Of a stretch of DNA of 64,000 nucleotides, positions 55,238 to 64,000 are shown in pieces. Below the pieces are notes generated by a model. That model was not told where the DNA came from and did no database searches. It saw only the letters and a program-made list of their open reading frames with translations. The DNA is from Octopus vulgaris. Taxonomy: Eukaryota. Each line of letters opens with the position of its first letter. The first letter of the stretch is position 1. The stretch covers positions 45,942,001 through 46,006,000 of the forward strand of contig OX597832.1 in the NCBI GenBank assembly GCA_951406725.2, given 5' to 3'. Both the position numbers and the translations under genes were made by a program.

Positions 55238-55825
55238 CATATATATAAAAGAGTACAACAAATGGGAGATAACGCAGTTTATATATATATATATATATAT
55301 ATGTATATACATGCATATAAATGCACATACACAAATCTACCTAGATGCACACGCAATATGTGTGTGTGTATGTGTGTGTGTATGTGTGTGGGTGTGTGGT
55401 TGCAATCGAAGATATTGCCTTCGTGCATTATTCGTGCATCATATCTTCTAATAAGCTTGTCGCAATCCCTTTGCAATAGTAAAGTAACCAAAACGAACCA
55501 ACTCTGTAAACCTCCACGCTTTTCTTTTTGTTTGTTTTTTCGCTGATTTTAATTCCACATCCTAATGATATACGTTGCTGTCATGCTGTCATTCTATAGC
55601 AATAATGAATGATGTTGATATTCTGCTTGTGCTGAATATTCTGCTGGAATTTAAAGCTTTGATTGTTAGCTGGTGTCCATTGTAGTCAGAAGATGTTTTA
55701 TTATTTTTTTTAGTAACTAATGCATTGCAATTGTATGTTTGGTTTAGTATTTTGCTGAGACCTAAGTATTGCTTTCAACATGAATTGATTTGTTGTGTGT
55801 AGAAAATATTCATATAATGCTTTAC

Positions 55826-55860
<35 letters not shown>

Positions 55861-55885
55861 TATATATATATATTTACATATATGT

Positions 55886-55916
<31 letters not shown>

Positions 55917-56049
55917 CACATATATACATATATATATATATATGTATATATATATACACACACATATGTATTTATATATATGTGTATATATATATACACA
56001 CACATATGTATTTATATATATATGTATATATATATTTATATATATACAT

Positions 56050-56121
<72 letters not shown>

Positions 56122-57467
56122 TGTCTTCTTGTACAATGTTTCTCCTATCACTTTTATTTTTCTGTTGTGTGACATTTCATTTTGCGATTGCACTTTGTCG
56201 GGTTTAGTGGAATATGCTGGAATGTATAGCATTTGTAGATATAAATATTTCGGATAGTAATAAAGCGTATCTCATGTTCCTTTATACAACAAGCGTTAAT
56301 ACACATCTACACATGCACTGGTTCGCAATGCCTTGAATAAATGAATATTTATGAAAAATATAAAGTAACCCTTTCAAAAGAAAACAAAAGTATTCTGTAG
56401 CTGTTTATATACTAGAACTAATAATTTACTACCAAAAAGAAAATACTAATATTAAACACCTCTTTAACCTGCACAGATCATAAACTTAAAAAGCCGCATA
56501 AAAATAACCAGCGAGCAACGCTTGCTACATATTTAGTCGTAAACTTAAAACTGTAAAGATCCCGATTACGAAATTTATAAAGGCCATATATGTACTATTT
56601 ATTATGCACCTACCACAAGTTGCAATATTTAAGAAATACATAAGTCACTAAGAAATATATTGCATTTGTAATACAAAGGAGAACACATAGAAAATCAGGG
56701 TATAAGTAAATACAGCGTGATCTTATGTGAATGTTTCCTGGTCAAGTCGAATGGCCTTTCTTTGAGATGCGATGTAAATGTTTCGGTATGTGCTAGCGTA
56801 GTAGCTACTTTGTTTATTGCAAAATCAGTGACTGAGGGTCGTTTATCAATATCTATAAAGCTGAAATGCGAGAAAGTTGTTTGTCTCATTTTGGGATGGG
56901 AACTGTTTAAGGGGCGGTAGAGAGGGTCGGATTGGCACCAAAATTTACAGGGACATGTAAAAAGAGGAGAGGAAGCGACTGGACTAGGTTAGAAAGCTGT
57001 GGTTACTAGGGAAACAAAACCCAGACAAGTGTTTGTCAAAGAGAAAGGAGAGAGAAACAAAGAGGGAGAGTGTGGCGATAAGAAACAGAAAGCAAGCAAC
57101 AGAAAGTAACAACCACACCCTCACCTGCACGTAGAGCGGGTCACCTTAAGCCAGTTTTCCTATATATTGTGAGCTGGAGTAAATCATTGCTTTTTCTAGT
57201 AGCCGGGTGTTCACGATTGATGATGGCCACAGGTAGCCCGAAACCGTTCAGTTTCTTGATCCCATCGTTTGCTAGAGGGTGGTAGGTTTTCGCTCCCTTG
57301 CTTGCAACATATACAGTATGCGGATTGCATCGGTATACAGCCAGCGGGGGATCTGCCTTGGGTTAAAATGTTAGCAACGCCGAACAGGCATTTTGAAGTG
57401 GCGATAAATATCACTTCTTAAGTGTGGTTACTACTTTCGTGTCTTATTCAGATTTTTGTAACAAGCT

Positions 57468-58080
57468 ATACAAACATACACACATACATACATCCATACA
57501 TACATACATACATACACACATACATACATTCATACATACATACATACATACATACATACACACATACACACATACATACATTCATACATACATACATACA
57601 TACAAACATACATACATACATACATACATACAAACATACATAAATACATACATACATACATACAAACATACATAAATACATACATACATACATACACACA
57701 TACATACATACATACATACATACATACATACATACATACATACATACATACATACATACAAACATACATAAATACATACATACATACATACATACATAAA
57801 TACATACATACATACATACAAACATAGATACATACAAACATACATACATACATACAAACATACATACTTACACACATACACACATACATACATACACACA
57901 TACATACATACATACAAACATACATACATGCACACATACATACACACACATACATACATACAAACATACATACATACAGACAGACAGACAAACATATACA
58001 TACATACACACATACATAAATGCATGCATACACACACACACACATATATATATACATATACATGCACACATACATACATA
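57468..58080. repeat. (TACA)n tract
   Basis: Direct reading. Confidence 0.95.
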
Positions 58081-58112
58081 TATTCATATATTTATATTAT
58101 ATATATATATGT

Positions 58113-58174
<62 letters not shown>

Positions 58175-58514
58175 GTATATTTATATATGCGTGTATGTAT
58201 AAATGCATACATAGACACTGGTTCAAAGACTGATTTGCTACTGTGTATATAGCCGATATGTATGTCTGTATGCAAAGACGCCGATGCATAAATTTTGATA
58301 AATCAAATATATTTATAAACTCTAGCAGTTTACACTTATTTGGAAAAATATGAATGCATATATTTATTCTGTACCACATATTTACCCATTCATCACACAC
58401 GGCCACGCACATATACACGCGCACACGTTTACACACACATACACACAGACACGCATATATGTGCTCACACACGACCGCGCACACGCACACACTCAGGAAG
58501 ACACACACACGTCT

Positions 58515-58545
58515 GTATCTATCTATCCATCTATCTTTTTATCTA

Positions 58546-58623
<78 letters not shown>

Positions 58624-58624
58624 C

Positions 58625-58676
<52 letters not shown>

Positions 58677-58760
58677 TTATCTATATCTATCTATCTATCT
58701 ATCTATCTATTTATCGATATCTATCTATCTATCCCTCTATTTGTATCTATCTATATCTAG
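58515..58760. repeat. (TATC)n tract
   Basis: Direct reading. Confidence 0.95.
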
Positions 58761-58864
58761 CTATGCATTTATACGTAGTATTTATGTACATACGCCCGCT
58801 CAGATACACACACATATTTTTAATATATATATATGTATATATATATATGGATTCATATAAACAT

Positions 58865-58906
<42 letters not shown>

Positions 58907-59413
58907 TCTCACACTCACATACTCATACAGATATATATATATATACATACATCCACCATACAAAATATGTTTGTGTTTATAATTTGATATTTAGATTTTT
59001 TTCAATGATCAAACACATTAGAATGATTTAAATTAGATATTTTTTTTATCACACAGTTCCCTACAGTTCAATATTCAATTATTTGAGCAAACAGTGACAG
59101 TAAATAATATTACAGAGCGGAGAAATGAAGAATTGGCATATATAATTGTTGATATACAACTAATGGAAATATTCATTGGGGAGGTCAAAGAATTAGGAAC
59201 GGAACCGCGCCAATCTGGCGCTTGTTGTTTGCATCCATAGCGTTCCTTGGTGAATGGTGTTCGAGTCAGCAACAATAGAAGGAGCCATAATAAAAATATT
59301 AGTATTTTGGACTATTTTTTAATAAGAATTACAAAAAAAAAAAAATATTTATAATGTTCCGAAAAAAAACAAGAAAAAAAACAAAAAAAAACAAAATATA
59401 GTGCTGACAAAAA

Positions 59414-59598
59414 ATGTTATGCATGTTGATGTCGTTGAATTTTGGTAATGGTGTTTATGATGATGAGGGTGACCATAATGATGGGGATGATGAGGCTGAG
59501 AATGATGATGATGCAGAAGAAGGAGAAGACGATGGTGATGATGATGATGATGATGACGTTGATGATGATGATGAGGTTGATGATGATGGTTCTGGCGG

Positions 59599-59634
<36 letters not shown>

Positions 59635-59874
59635 CGACGATGATGATGATGATGATGATGACGATGATGATAATGATAATGATGATGATGATGGTGATGA
59701 TGATGATGAGGAGGAAAAGGATGATGATAATGATGATGATGATGATGATGGTGATGATGGTGATGATGTTGATGGTTCTGGCGGTGATGATGATGATGAT
59801 GATGATGATGACGACGATGATGACGATGATGACAATGATTATGATGATGATGATGATGATGATGGTTCTGGCGG

Positions 59875-59932
<58 letters not shown>

Positions 59933-60008
59933 GATGTTGATGATTCTGGCGGTGATGATGATGATGATGATGATGATGATGGCGACGATGATGATGACGA
60001 TGATGACA

Positions 60009-60041
<33 letters not shown>

Positions 60042-60214
60042 GTTCTGGCGGTGATGATCATTATTCTGGCGGTGATGATGATGATGATGATGATTATGAT
60101 GGTTTTGGTGGTGATGATGATGATGATGATGATGGTTCTGGCGGTATTGATGATGGTTCTGGCGGTGATGACGATGGTGATGATAATGATGATGATGATG
60201 AGAAGGAGGATTGA
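59414..60214 (+). other. Imperfect (GAT)n array punctuated by TCTGGCGGT; forms a 266-aa Asp-rich ORF (coding status unproven)
   Basis: ATG..TGA frame: short hydrophobic N-terminus, then poly-D with 6 GSGG, 2 SGG and 1 GFGG. Confidence 0.35.
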
Positions 60215-60626
60215 CAGAATTGTTAAAGAGGCGTACAAGCAGTTGCGCTGTATTTGTCACGCCTCTTTACAACGTGAGTGCCATTCCTGCCCAGCTCAGC
60301 AGCTTTCCTTTTAATCCATCCGTGTTTGATACGATATAAAAAAGAGAAAGAACATCCAACTCATTGAACCCAGTTAGTCGGTTCATACTTCTCCAGTTGT
60401 GTGGCCCCCTCCCGACGCTGGGGACGATTGCCTAAAGATTTGTGAAGGCGGAGGGATTAAGAAGAGGACAGCGAGGGTGTCGAGTAAACTGCGTTGCCGC
60501 TTCGTTGGGGTTCTGAGTTAGAATCCCACGGAGATCAACTTTGCCTTTCAAGCTCGATATCGATAAACGAAGTACTACACAAATACGTTCGAGATCGATA
60601 TAATCAAGTACCGCCACTAGAATGAA

Positions 60627-60731
60627 TTTCTTCTTCTTCTTCTTCTTCTTCTTCTTCTTCTTCTTCTTCTTCTTCTTCTTCTTCTTCTTCTTCTTCTTCT
60701 TCTTCTTCTTCTTCTTCTTCTTCTTCTTCTT

Positions 60732-60797
<66 letters not shown>
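60627..60797. repeat. (TTC)n-(TTA)n microsatellite
   Basis: Direct reading. Confidence 0.97.
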
Positions 60798-60851
60798 AGC
60801 TGTTTGTAACTTAAATCTTAGGAGATTTCTGTGTTTGTGTATATATATATG

Positions 60852-60910
<59 letters not shown>

Positions 60911-61599
60911 GTATGTATACATACACGTGTATTTATCTGCATACCGTAACATATTTGTATGAGGATGCACGTTAGCATAAGTCAGTGTGTGTGTTTTTGT
61001 CTCATTTCAGCTAATTCCGAAATAATTGTTGTAAAAAAGAACCACAACTCTTCCGTCACGATGCAATCCTACAGTTGGACACGAAAACATGACTGGTATT
61101 TCATTTTTGTTTTTCTGTACAATGAAGATAAATAAATTAGTTGATATATGTTATCACATAAACAAACGGTTATACAGTAATGACGGTAAGTATTTTAATT
61201 TCAACATAATGTGCGTGTCAATAAAGAAATTAGGATCCTTAAATTTTGTTTTTCCTACTAGATTCAGTCAATGCCGGAAATAATACACAGGTAAAAGTTT
61301 AGAGACGCAAACACATCGTCTTCCTTTATATCGATGTAATCTATCGTCGCCGCCTCTGATTTTATATCTGCAGTGGTAAAAAAGTCAGTTGGATTGGTGA
61401 TTTGGAGATGCCCAAGGGGTGGAGTGAAAACACTCTTGAATTGCTCATTCAGTATTTCAGTGTGCGTTTGAAATGTTTACTAGAAAACTGTGTGGTTTTA
61501 AGTTCAGTCCAATTCCGAGACATTCACGCAAAAGTCTTCCTCTATAAAACCCAGCCGATAAATGCCTTGGAAATAACTATGTTTGACAGAAGCCCAGAA

Positions 61600-61684
61600 G
61601 CAGTGTAAGTCCCATCGCCGTGAAGCGATAGTGGGGTGACAAACACAGACACACAAATACATGCATCCATGCATACATACACGT

Positions 61685-61727
<43 letters not shown>

Positions 61728-61825
61728 CATATGGCACAGGACTACAGTTTCCGTCTACAAAATCCACTCACAAGGTGGCACGCAATGGGACTAGGACGGG
61801 ATGAAAGCTTCTCCCCACACGACCA
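61600..61825 (-). mobile_element. Degenerate SINE-A fragment
   Basis: CAGTTTCCGTCTAC..AAATCCACTCACAAGG. Confidence 0.7.
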
Positions 61826-61839
61826 CTGCTAGACTTATG

Positions 61840-61921
<82 letters not shown>

Positions 61922-62298
61922 TATATATATATATATAATTTATTAACAATTTAGGATAAAATCTTTAAAAGAAATTATCAGCAGTCAGCGTGAAAAACCT
62001 CGTAAGAGAAAAAATCCGTAAATTCTTCCTCTTTGAAAATATTCATTTATATTATATTGAGGGTACTACTATTCGTAGATACCAACACGCTAGTATATAT
62101 ATATATGTATATATATATATGTATATATGTATATATATATATATATATATATGTGTATATATAAACCATATATATGGTTTTTCGATTATCAGCGCGCCAA
62201 AAGTGGAGGCATTTGAAATACATCTGAACGTAATAGGTTGTACTTTTTGCATGCGGGACTCCGGTACCGTTTTTCATCTAGTACAGCATATTATGCTC

Positions 62299-62376
62299 AT
62301 AACAAACTACGCTGACGAAGCTACAGATATCCTTGTGATATTAATAGCTGAAACTGTACAGTACGTAGGTGATTAT
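62299..62376 (+). ncRNA. Type I hammerhead ribozyme (copy 1); predicted cleavage after A62363
   Basis: Stem I CUACG/CGUAG (extended by AUAA/UUAU); core CUGACGA; stem II AGCUA/UAGCU plus GAUAUC/GAUAUU with loop CUUGU; GAAA; palindromic stem III ACUGUACAGU; GUA triplet. Confidence 0.9.
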
Positions 62377-62810
62377 TCCATTTAGTATATTTCTTTTGTC
62401 TCATCCATTGCTTTAGGTCGTGCTGAATTTTATTTTTATTTTTATTTGAGAACAAAATCTTTGTGGAGAATGGCGATTTGACGTCTATATCTAGCATGTT
62501 GACTGTCCACCTTTTCGTGTTCAGTCCTTAATTGGTATATATAAATATTTTAATCTTCGGATTCTTTTTAATGTGCTAGACCACTGGTTTTAATTGACTA
62601 ATATCAATTTCTACCCTTAATTTTTAAATATGAAATATATGTTCTCAAACCGATAAATTGACTGCTGCTAATTATTAGCTGCAGGCTGGTTTTTCGATTA
62701 TCAGCGCGCCAAAAGTGGAGGCATTTGAAATACATCTGAACGTAATAGGTTGTACTTTTTGCATGCGGGACTCCGGTACCGTTTTTCATCTAGTACAGCA
62801 TATTATGCTC

Positions 62811-62888
62811 ATAACAAACTACGCTGACGAAGCTACAGATATCCTTGTGATATTAATAGCTGAAACTGTACAGTACGTAGGTGATTAT
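62811..62888 (+). ncRNA. Type I hammerhead ribozyme (copy 2); predicted cleavage after A62875
   Basis: Identical to copy 1, 512 nt downstream. Confidence 0.9.
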
Positions 62889-63044
62889 TCCATTTAGTAT
62901 ATTTCTTTTGTCTCATCCATTGCTTTAGGTCGTGCTGAATTTTATTTTATTTTTATTTGAGAACAAAATCTTTGTGGAGAATGGCGATTTGACGTCTATA
63001 TCTAGCATGTTGACTGTCCACCTTTTCGTGTTCAGTCCTTAATT

Positions 63045-63123
<79 letters not shown>

Positions 63124-63748
63124 GTATGTATACAGGTGAAATAAATAAATATAAATACGTTAATCGGTCTAGAACCTTCTTGTCCTAATATGTTCTACTA
63201 AAGTCCCATACTTCTAAAATACTAAAATACAAATATCAAATACAAAAAAAAAAATAGAAAAGAATATGCATTTCAATTAATATTATTTCTTAAACATTAC
63301 AATGTGTCGTTCCTCCACCAGACATTGTGCAATTTCAGCAAAATATACAATAGCTTATCTAACAGTTATTCTATTTTTGATGTTGTAGCAATATTGTTAG
63401 ACACAAACTGCGTTTCACTTATAGCCTTATTGCATTCGACAAGCAGTTAGCAGGAAAAAAAAACACAAACCAAAACATGTTATTACATGCAATATTTACA
63501 TGCAATGACATCAAATTATCCCTCAGCACGCATGTATTAACAAGATTAGGTACACTATAATGCGATTTAATAATATCCGCGTTTCACTTTTGTATGTACG
63601 TCTGTGCGTGTATACAAACATGTATTTGTACGTGTAAATATAAGCATATATACACATGTGTATATGAACTTGTTTATAAGTATACATCTGTACTCACTAC
63701 CTCAGCGACACAGACACACACATACATATGTTTATTAAACCGTATATA

Positions 63749-63807
<59 letters not shown>

Positions 63808-64000
63808 GTAGATATATATATATATATGTATATATATGTGTATATATATATATATATGTATACATATGTATATAAAAATATATACATATATGAAAATATA
63901 CATGCATATGTATATATATATTGTATATTATTGTATATATATATATATATATATCAAACGTTGCATTCATATATGAAAATATACATACATATGTATATAT

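Larger units (their letters stand above)
62175..63046 (+). mobile_element. Hammerhead-bearing retrozyme/Penelope-like non-autonomous element, 1.7 tandem units of 512 bp, in (TA)n
   Basis: 62175-62535 equals 62687-63046 apart from one T in a T-run. Each copy holds an intact hammerhead; TA-rich flanks. Confidence 0.85.

Noticed and set aside
62715-62897. 60-aa ORF within the hammerhead element (KVEAFEIHLN faintly like a GIY-YIG C-terminus)
   Set aside because: Too short, starts at GTG, and overlaps the ribozyme; the similarity is not supportable.
3492-63970. Most ORFs in the supplied track ([12 protein letters not shown], poly-K/L/S/H/I/M)
   Set aside because: They are translations of microsatellites or SINEs with no protein-family motifs.

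Overview
AT-rich, gene-poor eukaryotic DNA packed with microsatellites and interspersed repeats. The repeat families and the (TA)n/(TATC)n/(TACA)n landscape strongly resemble an octopus (coleoid cephalopod) genome; this is inference, no search was run. I find no convincing host-gene exon. Identifiable contents: two tandem Tx1/L1-clade LINE 3' fragments at a (TATC)n tract; RTE, CR1 and older LINE relics; a mariner relic; Helitron-like non-autonomous elements; and about 25 copies of three tRNA-headed SINE families. Highlights: (1) a 512-bp tandem element in (TA)n (62175-63046) carrying two intact type I hammerhead ribozymes exactly one unit apart, i.e. a retrozyme/Penelope-like circRNA element, with further hammerhead-like relics elsewhere; (2) two LINE-SINE partner pairs visible inside the window (Tx1 3' end matches the SINE-C tail, RTE 3' end matches one SINE-B tail); (3) a possibly (TATC)n-targeted Tx1 with a 14-bp TSD; (4) an Asp-rich GSGG-punctuated ORF of uncertain reality.
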